From the NCBI GenBank assembly GCA_963736755.1, contig CAVTQE010000021.1, forward strand, positions 3,680 through 67,679: a DNA stretch of 64,000 bases, written 5' to 3'. A program made the translations under genes and the position numbers. Shown here one piece after another: positions 32,090-42,851 of the stretch. The notes beneath the pieces were generated by a model, which was not told the DNA's origin, ran no database searches, and was given only the letters and a program-made list of their open reading frames with translations. This stretch comes from an uncultured delta proteobacterium (lineage in GTDB: Bacteria > Desulfobacterota > WTBG01 > JAGOGO01). Numbering within the stretch: the stretch's first letter is position 1; the number at the start of each line of letters is the position of its first letter.

Positions 32090-32810
32090 GCGTTGTCTCC
32101 TTTAAATGTTCATTATTGTTAGCCTTATTATTTAAGGCCCATTCACGTTGATTTTTTTAAGATGTCATAGAACCCGTAAATGGGGTTAGCTAATATATTA
32201 ATTTCAAAATAGCAACATGATTTTTTTAAGCCGGCATATGCATCAGATTCAAAAGGTTTTTTTCACTGTTTCATTTTGCCTTCCCTGCAAAGGCCCCTCC
32301 GACACCTGGCGGTCGTCCGGTTTCACCTCGGCGTAACAATATATCAATTCTTCTTTTATATAAGCCAGCAATTATGAAATAAAACTCACAAGAAATCAAC
32401 CGAAAAATTATGCAAAATCTTTGCCACGTTATTAGTAATTTTTTGCAAATATTAGCTGATAATCCTTCCTTTGTTTATAAATTTTATTTTACCCTTTTTT
32501 TCTTTGATTTTCAATTCTTGAAAGGTTATAGGTTTGGTTTTTTGGAGATAAATCTATAGAATTTCTTTTTGGTAGTTGTTTTCGTCATATCCTTAATTTT
32601 TGCCATCACTCCGAATTTTTTTCTTGTGGTAAAAATTTATAAATATTTTTTGAAAAAATGGAGCGGTTATCCGCTTCCTCTTTTCGTTGCACAAATAAAA
32701 AATGGTATTATACTGACAAAAATTGAATGGATTACTTTCATCAATGGCATTGATTTGTTTTTGCTTTCAATCGAAGCATTAAGCTTTCCCAGGCTTGTAA
32801 GAAATTGATT

Positions 32811-33386
32811 ATGCCAACGACTATCGCTCATTCAGCAATTGCTGTCGGATTAGGGCCGTCCTTCCTTAGAGCAGGTGTAAAACCCCGCTTTTGGATACTC
32901 GGCGCAATCTATGCTGCTCTGCCGGATATTGATACGATAGGATACCGCATGGGTATTCCTTATGCCCATTTCTTTGGGCACCGTGGATTCACCCATTCAC
33001 TCACCTTTGCTCTTATCCTGGCAAGCGTAACCGCGGCAGTGATAGCCACCGGGAAAAGTGCTCGGTTTTCATGGCCGATTCTGGTCTATTTGTTTTTATG
33101 CACAGCTTCGCATGGGATTCTCGATGCGATGACGAGCGGAGGGATTGGGGTAGCTCTTTTTTCGCCCTTTAGCGACCAACGCGTCTTTTTTAGCTGGAGA
33201 CCAATCGAAGTGTCCCCTTTAAGTATTACGCGGTTTATGAGTTTACGGGGCGCCCGGGTTCTCAAGAACGAACTTCTATGGGTAATATCACCCGCTCTTG
33301 GTTTAGCTATTTTAGGAAGCCTTATTAATTTATTCCTACGGCACAAGAAAAGCATACCGCAGCTAAGCGTCACCCCGCGCAGCTGA
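32811..33386 (+). CDS. YdjM-family membrane-bound metal-dependent hydrolase (DUF457)
   Basis: MPTTIAHSAIAVGL, LPDIDTIGY, FGHRGFTHSL and HGILDAMTSGG are hallmarks of the family. Confidence 0.8.
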   Translation: MPTTIAHSAIAVGLGPSFLRAGVKPRFWILGAIYAALPDIDTIGYRMGIPYAHFFGHRGFTHSLTFALILASVTAAVIATGKSARFSWPILVYLFLCTASHGILDAMTSGGIGVALFSPFSDQRVFFSWRPIEVSPLSITRFMSLRGARVLKNELLWVISPALGLAILGSLINLFLRHKKSIPQLSVTPRS

Positions 33387-33393
33387 ATCGACT

Positions 33394-33816
33394 ATGAAAT
33401 ATTGGATAAACACTGTATCACGTGACCATGTGATAATCGGCCAAGAAGGTGGTTTCGTGCAGTCCGGGCACGGCAAAGAAACTCCACTTAAAAAAATGGC
33501 TAAAGGCGACATGATTATTTTTTATTCTCCCAAGACATCGTTTAAAGACGGAAAACCGCTCAAAAGATTTACTGCGCTCGCCCGGCTCGTTGATAACCAT
33601 ATTTATCAGGTTACGGTTTCGAATACCTTCAAACCATATCGGAGAAATGCAAAATATTTTCGATGTCAAGAAGCAGACATCGTGCCCTTGATCGAACAGC
33701 TAAACTTTATTACCAACAAGAAGTCCTGGGGACTTAGGTTTAGATTTGGATTTTTTGAAATCTCACGGGAAGATTTTGAGAAAATCGCCACTAAAATGAA
33801 GGTCGAGTTTGCTTAA
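33394..33816 (+). CDS. EVE (PUA-like) domain protein
   Basis: 140 aa. MKYWINTVSRDHVIIGQEGGFVQSGHGKETPLKKMAKGDMIIFYSP matches the recalled stand-alone EVE-domain family. Confidence 0.75.
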   Translation: MKYWINTVSRDHVIIGQEGGFVQSGHGKETPLKKMAKGDMIIFYSPKTSFKDGKPLKRFTALARLVDNHIYQVTVSNTFKPYRRNAKYFRCQEADIVPLIEQLNFITNKKSWGLRFRFGFFEISREDFEKIATKMKVEFA

Positions 33817-33960
33817 AATTTTGTTGAGTACCTAAAACAATGTTCTCGAACATTTTTTAAATTTCAGGTACTTTGCCCTTCATGTCCATAATCTTGCCAA
33901 GCACGATCATTAACCCGCAAGAGGACAGAAAATAAAAAAATTGCTTTCTTTTTTTCCTGC

Positions 33961-33989
33961 TTGACCTGGACGCCAGTTTCATTTATAGT
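33961..33989 (+). promoter_or_regulatory. predicted sigma70-type promoter upstream of adk
   Basis: TTGACC-N17-TATAGT, about 55 nt before the ATG. Confidence 0.45.
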
Positions 33990-34042
33990 GCCTTTTTTTA
34001 AGTCCACTAAATTATTCGATAATTTTTTATAAGGAGGTTGCT

Positions 34043-34690
34043 ATGAAAGTTATACTGTTGGGTGCGCCGGGTGCGGGCAAAGGCACAATTGCTAAACTTC
34101 TTACTGACTACGACGGGTCGGTACAGATTTCAACCGGTGATATACTCCGGGCAGCGGTAAAAGCGGGAACCCCGGTAGGCAAAGAAGCCAAAGCCTATAT
34201 GGATGCCGGCGGCCTTGTCCCGGACTCGCTCATTATGCGAATTATGGAAGCACGGCTGCAAGAGCCTGATTGTCAAAAGGGTTTCATTCTGGACGGGTTC
34301 CCCCGCACTATTCCTCAGGCAGAGGAGCTCAAGAAGCTCCTGACAAAACTATCCATTACCCTTGATTTGGTGGTTAATCTGGATATACCGAGAGAGGTTA
34401 TTCTGGACCGGCTCACGACCCGCCGGACCTGTTCCAATGCCTCCTGCCAGGAGATTTACAATATCAAGAGCAATCCTCCAAAACCGGACGGAACCTGCAA
34501 AAAATGCGGGAGCCCAACCATTCAGCGAGATGATGAGACTGAGGAAGCAATCCTCAACCGGCTGGAAACTTACAACCAGAAGACTACGCCGCTTATTGGT
34601 TTTTATCGAAAGGAAGGGATGATAAAAGATTTTACTTCATTGAGCAGTCAGGAAACGGTCGAAGGTATTAAGAAGTCTTTAAAGAAGTAA
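34043..34690 (+). CDS. adk: adenylate kinase (zinc-lid type)
   Basis: GAPGAGKGT P-loop, ISTGDILR, ILDGFPRT, lid with C..C ... C..C (CSNASCQ, CKKCGS), and RDDD. Confidence 0.95.
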   Translation: MKVILLGAPGAGKGTIAKLLTDYDGSVQISTGDILRAAVKAGTPVGKEAKAYMDAGGLVPDSLIMRIMEARLQEPDCQKGFILDGFPRTIPQAEELKKLLTKLSITLDLVVNLDIPREVILDRLTTRRTCSNASCQEIYNIKSNPPKPDGTCKKCGSPTIQRDDETEEAILNRLETYNQKTTPLIGFYRKEGMIKDFTSLSSQETVEGIKKSLKK

Positions 34691-34727
34691 AAGAACAAAA
34701 AATATTTTAATCTCTCCGTATGACACC

Positions 34728-34769
34728 AACTCACCTATCCATCGGCTCAGACCGATGGGTAGGTGAGTT
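34728..34769. terminator. long hairpin between convergent adk and pncA (candidate bidirectional terminator)
   Basis: AACTCACCTATCCATCGG-CTCAGA-CCGATGGGTAGGTGAGTT, an 18-bp stem with one mismatch. No clean T-run. Confidence 0.5.
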
Positions 34770-34781
34770 AATCAATGCTTT

Positions 34782-35414
34782 TTATTTAAATTCTTCTTTA
34801 CTCAAAGTATCGAGTAGTATCACTCCGCGTTGTTCCATTTCCTCAAGAGCATGATTCGTTGTTTCCGGAGCAACCCCTCGGCTTAAGTCCTTAACCATCA
34901 CGACCTGATAACCGAGTGCTACCGCATCCAGCGAACTGGCCCGCACACAATAGTCGGTGGCAATGCCGTAAATAATGACGCGCTCGATATCCCCTGTCTG
35001 GAGGATGTGGTGGAGGGGGGTCTGGTTGCCTCCATCATCATGAAACCCGGAATAACTCTCAAACTCAACCTCCGTGCCTTTGCGCACGATGGCATCGAAC
35101 AATTGTTCGTCAAGTAATATCTTTGCCCCTTCAGAACCCTGAACACAATGAGGAGGCCAAAGAACCTGCTCTTTCCCATTGCGGGAAATTACTTCAAAGG
35201 CTTTTTTACCCGGATAGGTGGTGAAAAAAGAGATATGCTCCTTGGGGTGCCAGTCTTGGGTAGCAAAAATGGCGCACCCTTTTTCTTTCAACATTTTGGT
35301 CGCTGCTATCACTTTATCAATAAAGCGCTGATCAGTACCTTTTACTGGCAGGGAACCATGCTTAAGTTCCGTAAAGTCTCCTTGGATATCAGTCACAATA
35401 ACACCGGTTTTCAT
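34782..35414 (-). CDS. pncA: nicotinamidase/pyrazinamidase (isochorismatase family)
   Basis: VTDIQGDF, TQDWHPKEHISF, WPPHCVQGSEGA, ATDYCVRASSLDA (catalytic Cys). Confidence 0.85.
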   Translation of the reverse strand: MKTGVIVTDIQGDFTELKHGSLPVKGTDQRFIDKVIAATKMLKEKGCAIFATQDWHPKEHISFFTTYPGKKAFEVISRNGKEQVLWPPHCVQGSEGAKILLDEQLFDAIVRKGTEVEFESYSGFHDDGGNQTPLHHILQTGDIERVIIYGIATDYCVRASSLDAVALGYQVVMVKDLSRGVAPETTNHALEEMEQRGVILLDTLSKEEFK

Positions 35415-35544
35415 TGTATTCCTTTATAAATAGTGTTATTTTTTAAAACGTTAGCCGCCCTCATGGAAAAAGTTTTTAGCCGAACACTATGCTATAAAAA
35501 ATTGTAGCTGATAAAATGAGAAAAATAAAGAGACATCCCTAAGC

Positions 35545-35573
35545 TTGACATTTTTCCTTTTCTAACATATTAA
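35545..35573 (+). promoter_or_regulatory. predicted sigma70-type promoter upstream of corA
   Basis: TTGACA-N17-TATTAA. Confidence 0.45.
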
Positions 35574-35614
35574 TATTCAAATAAAACTTATTCTCCAGAA
35601 AAATCTTTTTGGAT

Positions 35615-36691
35615 ATGAGTGTGGTTATGTCCAGTTTTACCAAAAAAAGATCAAAAAAGGCTGGCCTTTCTCCAGGGACGCTGGTTCATATTGGAGAGAA
35701 AAAAACAGAAAAGGCCACAATAAAGCTTATTGAATATAATGAGACCAGGTTTGAGGAAAAGGAAGTACAAAACATCGAAGAATGCTTTCCTTTTAAAAGT
35801 ACTCCGACGATAACCTGGATCAATATTGATGGCCTTCATGAGGTAGAGATTATTGAAAAAATCGGGAAACACTTTAGCCTCCATCCTCTCCTGCAGGAAG
35901 ATATTCTCAACACCGACCAGCGGCCAAAAGTAGAGGACCATGGGACTCATATTTTTATAGTTTTAAAAACGCTCAGTTATGACGATAACAAAAAGGAGAT
36001 ACGAATAGAGCAAGTTAGTATAGTTCTGGGAGCAAATTTTGTCATCTCCTTCTATGAGGGTGAGGGGGATATCTTTAAACTTATCCGGAGCCGGATAAAA
36101 AATACCATCGGACGACATCGGAAGATGGGAGCAGATTACCTCGCTTACACGTTAATGGATGCCATTGTTGACCACTACTTTGTTGTCTTGGAGCTCTTGG
36201 GAGAACGGATTGAGTTTCTTGAAGAAGTGTTGGTTGCCAATCCCAAACCAACAACTCTCCAGGAAATCCACAAATTAAAAAGGGAGCTGATTTTTTTGCG
36301 CAAGTCAGTATGGCCTTTACGAGAAGTGGTCAGTACTCTGGAAAGGGGAGAATCACCCCTGATTCAATCCGCAATGGTAATTTTCTTGCGCGATGTTTAT
36401 GATCACACCATCCAGATTATTGATTCGGTTGAGACCTTCAGAGACATTGTTTCCGGAATGCTCGACATTTATCTTTCCAGTATGAGTAATAAGATGAATG
36501 AGGTCATGAAGGTGTTAACCGTTATTGCCACCATATTTATTCCTTTAACGTTTGTCGCGGGCGTTTATGGAATGAATTTTAAGTATATGCCCGAACTCGA
36601 ATGGTCTTGGGGATATTTCGCGATTTGGGGGGTCATGGTAGTTGTTGCCCTTGGAATGCTAACCTATTTTTGGAAGAAAAAATGGCTCTAA
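35615..36691 (+). CDS. corA: magnesium/cobalt transporter CorA
   Basis: YGMNF (GMN) motif between two C-terminal TM helices, with a typical cytoplasmic domain. Start is 35615 or 35627. Confidence 0.9.
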   Translation: MSVVMSSFTKKRSKKAGLSPGTLVHIGEKKTEKATIKLIEYNETRFEEKEVQNIEECFPFKSTPTITWINIDGLHEVEIIEKIGKHFSLHPLLQEDILNTDQRPKVEDHGTHIFIVLKTLSYDDNKKEIRIEQVSIVLGANFVISFYEGEGDIFKLIRSRIKNTIGRHRKMGADYLAYTLMDAIVDHYFVVLELLGERIEFLEEVLVANPKPTTLQEIHKLKRELIFLRKSVWPLREVVSTLERGESPLIQSAMVIFLRDVYDHTIQIIDSVETFRDIVSGMLDIYLSSMSNKMNEVMKVLTVIATIFIPLTFVAGVYGMNFKYMPELEWSWGYFAIWGVMVVVALGMLTYFWKKKWL

Positions 36692-38629
36692 AAGTAAAAG
36701 AAAAAATTCCAGCACCAGTATCATACGATTTCAGGTTGTTCTCTGATGATGACCGCTACCTCTTTAATGAGGGCAGCCATTTTCGGCTTTATGAGAAAAT
36801 GGGAGCGCATCCTCTCAATAAAGATGGCAGAGAAGGCACCTGTTTTTCAGTGTGGGCGCCGGATGCAGAGCAGGTCTCTGTTATGGGAGATTTTAATGAC
36901 TGGAACAAATCAACCCATCCCCTCGCACCCCATGGCCAGTCAGGGATCTGGGGAGGATTCGTACCCGGCGTAGGAAAAGGTGACACCTACAAATACCACA
37001 TCATCTCCCGATATCATGGCTATAAGGTGGACAAAGCTGATCCTTTTGCCCTCTACCATGAAGTTTCTCCTAAGACTGGTTCTATTGTTTGGGATTTAGA
37101 ATACACGTGGGGCGACCAAGCATGGATGAAAAAAAGACAAGGCCATAATGCACCTGATGCCCCCATGGCCATTTATGAGGTACATCTCGGTTCGTGGATG
37201 CGCGTGCCGGAAGAAGAAAATCGTCCTCTTACCTACCGGGAAATTGCACCGCGGCTTGCGGAATACGTAAAGGACATGGGTTTTACCCATGTGGAGTTTC
37301 TCCCGGTGATGGAACATCCGTTTTATGGCTCCTGGGGCTACCAAACCACGGGATATTTTGCTCCCACGAGCCGCCAGGGAACTCCCCAGGACCTCATGTA
37401 CCTGATTGACTGCTTACACCAAAACGGCATCGGGGTGATCTTGGACTGGGTGCCCTCACATTTTCCCGCTGATGCGCATGGTCTCGGTTACTTTGATGGG
37501 ACGCACCTTTATGAACATGCAGACGCTCGTAAAGGGTTTCACCCGGACTGGGAAAGCTCTCATTTTTAATTACGGACGCAATGAGGTGCGAAGTTTTCTT
37601 TTGAGCAGCGCCCTTTTCTGGTTAGAGAAATACCATGCAGATGGTCTTCGCGTGGATGCGGTAGCGTCCATGCTCTACCTGGATTACTCCCGAAACGAAG
37701 GGGAGTGGATTCCCAACCAGTACGGAGGAAGGGAAAATCTCGAGGCAATTTCGTTTTTACGGCGTTTTAATGAAGTGGTGTATAAGGATTTTCCTCAGGT
37801 GCAGACGATGGCCGAGGAATCAACCGACTGGCCCATGGTTTCGCGGCCTACCTATGTGGGAGGACTTGGTTTTGGCATGAAGTGGGATATGGGCTGGATG
37901 CATGACACGTTAGTGTATATGACCAAGGACCCGATTCATCGAAAGTATCATCACAACCAGCTCACCTTCCGGATGCTCTATGCTTTTCATGAGAATTTTA
38001 TCCTTCCCCTTTCTCATGATGAAGTGGTGCACGGTAAGGGCTCGCTTTTAAATAAGATGCCGGGGGATGATTGGCAAAAGTTTGCCAACCTCAGACTCCT
38101 TTTTGGCTATATGTACGCTCAGCCCGGGAAAAAGCTCCTTTTCATGGGTGGGGAGTTTGGGCAGTGGAACGAGTGGTATCACGAGGTAAGCCTTGATTGG
38201 CACCTGTTACAGTATGGGCCTCATAGCGGTTTAAAACTGTGGGTTAAGGACTTAAACCACCTTTACCGGAGTGAACCGGTTCTTTATGAGCTTGATTTTG
38301 ACCCTGCCGGATTTGCCTGGATTGACTGTCAAGATAGTGAAAGTAGTACTGTGAGCCTGGTACGTCAAGGCCGCTCCACTCATGACATGGTAATGGTCCT
38401 CTGCAATTTTACCCCTGTCCCCCGCTTCCACTATCAGGTGGGAGCGCCCCGGGGAGGTTTTTGGCAAGAGGTGCTCAATAGTGATGCGCATGAATATGGC
38501 GGAAGCGGGCAGGGAAACAGTGGGGTTGTAGAGGCTGTGCCCCTCTCGGTTCACGGGCAGCCATATTCACTCAACCTTACGCTACCTCCTCTCGGTGTTG
38601 TATTCTTACGGAACAAAAGTCAGCTATGA
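36682..38629 (+). pseudogene. glgB: 1,4-alpha-glucan branching enzyme (GH13), one apparent frameshift at 37550-37556
   Basis: ATG at 36682 overlaps the corA stop by 10 nt. The N-terminal part runs to GFHPDW. The next frame continues [15 protein letters not shown]...[16 protein letters not shown]...GGRENLEAI...AEESTDWP...[12 protein letters not shown], colinear with E. coli GlgB. Confidence 0.9.
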
Positions 38630-38724
38630 TGAGTGAAACTGAACCCGACGCGTTGACGGTCACGTGTGAGTAAAGGCAAAGGGTGAGTCTTTCTTGAAAA
38701 TCTTTCCGATAAAGGTTAGCATTA

Positions 38725-41190
38725 ATGGAACGATATATTTGCATCCATGGGCATTTCTATCAGCCGCCCCGTGAGAATCCTTGGTTAGAGACCGTTGAGG
38801 TTCAGGATTCAGCCCATCCTTATCATGACTGGAACCAAAGAGTGACTGCTGAGTGCTACGCACCGAATGCCCGGTCCCGAATCTTGGATGAAAAGAATCG
38901 AATTGTCCAGATCGCCAATAACTATTCCAAAATCAGTTTTAATTTTGGTCCGACACTGCTATCCTGGATAGAAAAAAATGCGCCCGATTTGTACCCTGCT
39001 CTCTTAGAGGCAGATAAAGAAAGTCAGCAAAATTATTCCGGTCATGGCTCTGCCTTAGCCCAGGCTTATAATCACATGATTCTTCCCCTTGCTAACCACC
39101 GTGATAAATATACTCAGATCATCTGGGGCATTCGGGACTTCGAATATCGTTTTGACCGACAGCCGGAAGGGATGTGGCTTCCGGAGACCGCTGTTGATCT
39201 GGAAACACTCGACATCTTATCCCAACAAGGTATCCGCTTTACCATCCTTGCCCCTCATCAGGCCCGACGCATACGACCTATCGGGTCTACCAAATGGCAG
39301 GATGTGGGGGGAAGTAAAATTGATCCAACAACGGCCTATAAGCTCCGCTTGCCTTCCGGTCGAGATATTTCGCTTTTCTTTTACGATGGACCAATATCCC
39401 GGGCGGTTGCTTTTGAACACCTCCTTGGTAAAGGGGAATCATTTATTCAGAGGCTCATGAGCGGTTTTTCCGAATCGCGAACCTGGCCACAAATCGTTCA
39501 TATCGCCACGGACGGGGAAACCTATGGTCACCACCACCGTTTCGGTGACATGGCCTTAGCGTATGCTTTAAACTATATTGAGACGAAAAAGGTCGCCCGC
39601 CTTACCAACTATGGAGAGTATTTGGAGAAGCACCCGCCTTTTTTTGAGGTGGAAATTTATGAAAATACCTCGTGGAGCTGTACCCATGGAGTAGAACGCT
39701 GGCGAAGCAACTGCGGGTGTAACGCCGGTGGACATGCCGGATGGAGTCAGGCATGGAGGACGCCTTTGCGCGATAGCCTTGACTGGCTTCGGGATGCTAT
39801 GGAAACCGCTTTCGAAAAAAAGGCACGATCACTTTTAAAAGATCCCTGGGAAGCCCGAAATGATTACATTCATGTGCTCCTTGACCCATCCTGGAAAAAT
39901 TTTGAAAACTTCTTAAACCGGCACGCGCTTTATCCTCTGGATAATTCTGAAGCAATCACCGCTCGTAAGCTCCTGGGACTTCAGCGCCACGCTATGCTGA
40001 TGTATACCAGCTGCGGTTGGTTTTTTGATGAACTCACCGGAATCGAAACTCTCCAAAACCTCTACTATGCCGCACGGGCGCTTCAGCTCGCCAAAGAACT
40101 TTTTGGTTATAACTTGGAACCCCGTTTTCTTCCCTTATTATCTCAGGCCACCAGCAATCTTCCCGAGTGGGGAGATGGTCGGCTCATTTATGAGAAAATT
40201 GTAAAACCTTCCGTGGTCAACCTGGAGAAGGTCGGTGCTCATTACGCCATCAGCTCCCTTTTTAAGGATTACCCGGAAAAGGCCACCATTTTTTGTTTTA
40301 CTGCTGAACAGGAGGATTACCAGACCTCGGAAGCGGGGAAGGCAAAGCTCGTGATCGGCAACGTGTGGATTACTTCTGAGATAACCAGCGAAAAAACCCG
40401 CCTGAGCTTTGGGGTTATCCATTTTGGGGATCACAATTTAAGCTGTGGTGTGCGAGAATACCAGGAAGAAGGCATCTACCAGGCTTTGGTACAAGAGGCA
40501 TGCGATGCCTTTAAGCGCGGGAATTTACCGGAGGTGGTTCGGGTATTAGATAAATATTTAGGGACTTCACTCTATTCCCTGGGATCTCTTTTCCGGGATG
40601 AACAGCGGGAGGTCCTGAACTCGATTCTGGAGTCAACGTTAGCTGATGCTGAGGCTCATTATCGTGAACTTTATGAAGACCATGTGCCTTTGATGCGTTT
40701 TCTTAAAGATGCCGGCATCCCCGCCCCCAAGGCCCTTTATGCTGCGGCAGAGCTGGTTTTAAATGCCAGTCTTCGTCAGGCTCTCGAAAATGAAGATCTC
40801 AATCCGAAACTTATCAAGGCTCTTCTTGAGGAAGCAAAGATAGAAGGGGTAACGCTTTATTTAGAAACTCTGGAATATTCGTTGAGGAAAAACCTCGACG
40901 AGATGGCCGAACAGATTTCTAAAAACCCTCTTGAGGTTTCTTTCCTCAAAAAACTGGATACTGGTTTGGACCTGTTACCGTTATTGCCCTTTACCGTAAA
41001 TCTGTGGAAGATTCAGAACCTTTTTTATGATTTACTTCAGAACTCTTATCCCACGGTGCGCGAAAAAGCAGAGCACGATAAGAGCGTTCAAGAATGGGTG
41101 AGTATTTTTAGGTCCTTGTGCGACAAGCTCTCGCTTTTGGTACACCCCGTTAGAAATGCCCTGAGATGCGGAAGCACGGAATTAACGTAA
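38725..41190 (+). CDS. glycoside hydrolase family 57 protein with DUF3536-like C-terminal domain
   Basis: MERYICIHGHFYQPPRENPW, FGPTLLSW, ATDGETYGHHH. 821 aa. The last ~15 codons run into a dispersed repeat (41144-41249). Confidence 0.85.
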   Translation: MERYICIHGHFYQPPRENPWLETVEVQDSAHPYHDWNQRVTAECYAPNARSRILDEKNRIVQIANNYSKISFNFGPTLLSWIEKNAPDLYPALLEADKESQQNYSGHGSALAQAYNHMILPLANHRDKYTQIIWGIRDFEYRFDRQPEGMWLPETAVDLETLDILSQQGIRFTILAPHQARRIRPIGSTKWQDVGGSKIDPTTAYKLRLPSGRDISLFFYDGPISRAVAFEHLLGKGESFIQRLMSGFSESRTWPQIVHIATDGETYGHHHRFGDMALAYALNYIETKKVARLTNYGEYLEKHPPFFEVEIYENTSWSCTHGVERWRSNCGCNAGGHAGWSQAWRTPLRDSLDWLRDAMETAFEKKARSLLKDPWEARNDYIHVLLDPSWKNFENFLNRHALYPLDNSEAITARKLLGLQRHAMLMYTSCGWFFDELTGIETLQNLYYAARALQLAKELFGYNLEPRFLPLLSQATSNLPEWGDGRLIYEKIVKPSVVNLEKVGAHYAISSLFKDYPEKATIFCFTAEQEDYQTSEAGKAKLVIGNVWITSEITSEKTRLSFGVIHFGDHNLSCGVREYQEEGIYQALVQEACDAFKRGNLPEVVRVLDKYLGTSLYSLGSLFRDEQREVLNSILESTLADAEAHYRELYEDHVPLMRFLKDAGIPAPKALYAAAELVLNASLRQALENEDLNPKLIKALLEEAKIEGVTLYLETLEYSLRKNLDEMAEQISKNPLEVSFLKKLDTGLDLLPLLPFTVNLWKIQNLFYDLLQNSYPTVREKAEHDKSVQEWVSIFRSLCDKLSLLVHPVRNALRCGSTELT

Positions 41191-41249
41191 AAATTCTTAC
41201 ATTTTTTCATGCGGGGTAAATACCCCATGTGAAATTTTTCTAACGGGGT
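41144..41249 (+). repeat. dispersed structured repeat Y, copy C
   Basis: ACCCCGTTAGAAATGCC ... GAAGCACGG ... ATTCTTACATTTTTTCATGCGGGGTAAATACCCCATGTGAAATTTTTCTAACGGGGT. Confidence 0.7.
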
Positions 41250-41288
41250 ACACTAAGTGAGTGAAAATGGTATGAGGAAAAAATCACC

Positions 41289-42803
41289 ATGAAGCGACGA
41301 GGAAGCGGAATCCTTCTCCACATAACCTCTCTTCCTTCTCCTTTTGGGATTGGCGACCTGGGGCCCGAAGCGTATCGGTTTGTCGATTTCCTGGTTGAAG
41401 CAAAACAAAGCTTCTGGCAGCTTCTTCCCATCAATCCCACTGCGCCAGTATACTATAATTCTCCTTATCACAGCACCTCAGCTTTTGCGGGGAATCCTTT
41501 GTTCATTAGTCCTTCGCTTTTAGTAAAGGAAGGGTTGCTCGATAAAAGTGAATTTGAGCCTCTGCCAGATTTTCCGGGCAATAAGGTTGATTACCAAGGT
41601 GTGGTTGATTTTAAAGGGATCCTTTTTCAAAAGGCCTATGAACGGTTTAAAACCAAACGGGATGATGATTACGAACGATTTTGTGCGCAAGAGAGTCCGT
41701 GGCTTAATGACTTTTCTCTCTTTGCAGCGCTCAAATTACATTGTGAGGGAAGGGCATGGAGTGAGTGGCCGCGAGACCTGCGGGATAGAAACCCTGCTGC
41801 GCTCCAATCTGGCCAACAAGAATTTATCGATGCCATTAATCGCGAAAAATTTCTCCAATACATTTTTTTCAAACAGTGGAGCGCGCTCAAGGAATATTGT
41901 TGTCAAAAAAACATTCAGGTTATTGGTGATATTCCAATCTATGTCCAACATGATAGTGTCGATGTATGGAGACATCCCGAATTTTTTAAACTTGACGAAA
42001 ACAAACTGCCCCTTGTTGTTGCTGGTGTTCCGCCTGATTATTTTAGTAAGACGGGACAGCGCTGGGGTAATCCGGTATATAACTGGGACGTGCTTAAGCA
42101 AACGGGGTATGGGTGGTGGATTGAGAGGATTGCTTATAATTTAAAAAAGTTTGATTTTATTCGCATCGATCACTTTCGGGGGTTCAAAGGTTTTTGGGAA
42201 ATCCCCGCGGGAGAAAAAACCGCTATCAATGGTCGATGGGAAGAAGCTCCGGCAATGGACTTCTTTACCCAGTTAACCAAAAAATTTGCGTGTCTCCCGA
42301 TTATCGCTGAGGATCTTGGGATTATTACACCTGATGTAAGAGAGGTTATGCGCCATTTTGAGTTTCCGGGCATGAAAATTCTTCTTTTTGCTTTTGGAAA
42401 GGATTTGCCCACCAATCCTTACATTCCCCACAACCTCCCCCAAAACTGTGTTGCCTATACGGGCACTCATGATAACAATACGATCCGAGGTTGGTTTAAC
42501 ACGGAAGCGACTCCCGAAGACAAAAAAAGGTTGTTCCAGTACTTGGGGCGTGAAGTTCCCATAGATGAGCTTCACTGGGAAATGATTCGGCTCTTAATGA
42601 TGTCATCCGCAAATACCATCATAACCCCCATGCAGGATATTTTGGGTTTAGACGAAGAAGCACGGATGAATACACCAGCAACGCTGACCGGAAACTGGGA
42701 ATGGAAGCTCTTGCCGGATCAATTAAATCCTTCGCTGGCAAAAAGTCTTCGGGAGATGACTGAGATTTATGGGCGAGATTTATCGTGCCTGACGGCTTCG
42801 TAA
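41289..42803 (+). CDS. malQ: 4-alpha-glucanotransferase (amylomaltase, GH77)
   Basis: RGSGILLHITSLPSPFGIGDLG, IGDIPIYV, GVPPDYFS..GQRWGNP, RIDHFRGF, IAEDLG, YTGTHDN. Confidence 0.92.
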   Translation: MKRRGSGILLHITSLPSPFGIGDLGPEAYRFVDFLVEAKQSFWQLLPINPTAPVYYNSPYHSTSAFAGNPLFISPSLLVKEGLLDKSEFEPLPDFPGNKVDYQGVVDFKGILFQKAYERFKTKRDDDYERFCAQESPWLNDFSLFAALKLHCEGRAWSEWPRDLRDRNPAALQSGQQEFIDAINREKFLQYIFFKQWSALKEYCCQKNIQVIGDIPIYVQHDSVDVWRHPEFFKLDENKLPLVVAGVPPDYFSKTGQRWGNPVYNWDVLKQTGYGWWIERIAYNLKKFDFIRIDHFRGFKGFWEIPAGEKTAINGRWEEAPAMDFFTQLTKKFACLPIIAEDLGIITPDVREVMRHFEFPGMKILLFAFGKDLPTNPYIPHNLPQNCVAYTGTHDNNTIRGWFNTEATPEDKKRLFQYLGREVPIDELHWEMIRLLMMSSANTIITPMQDILGLDEEARMNTPATLTGNWEWKLLPDQLNPSLAKSLREMTEIYGRDLSCLTAS

Positions 42804-42851
42804 AAAGTTCATCTGCGGCGTTGCCTCCGTGCGATGCACGAAGACATCCTG

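Noticed and set aside
32569-32808. 79-aa hydrophobic ORF upstream of ydjM
   Set aside because: It lies in a very AT-rich spacer, has a TTG start without an RBS, and has composition-driven hydrophobicity. Evidence is insufficient.
35430-35614. Possible Mg2+ (M-box) riboswitch ahead of corA
   Set aside because: I could not find the conserved M-box core sequences. Only a plausible sigma70 promoter is visible.
41548-42144. 198-aa alternative-frame ORF inside malQ
   Set aside because: The malQ frame is supported along its whole length by GH77 motifs. The overlapping ORF has no recognisable features.
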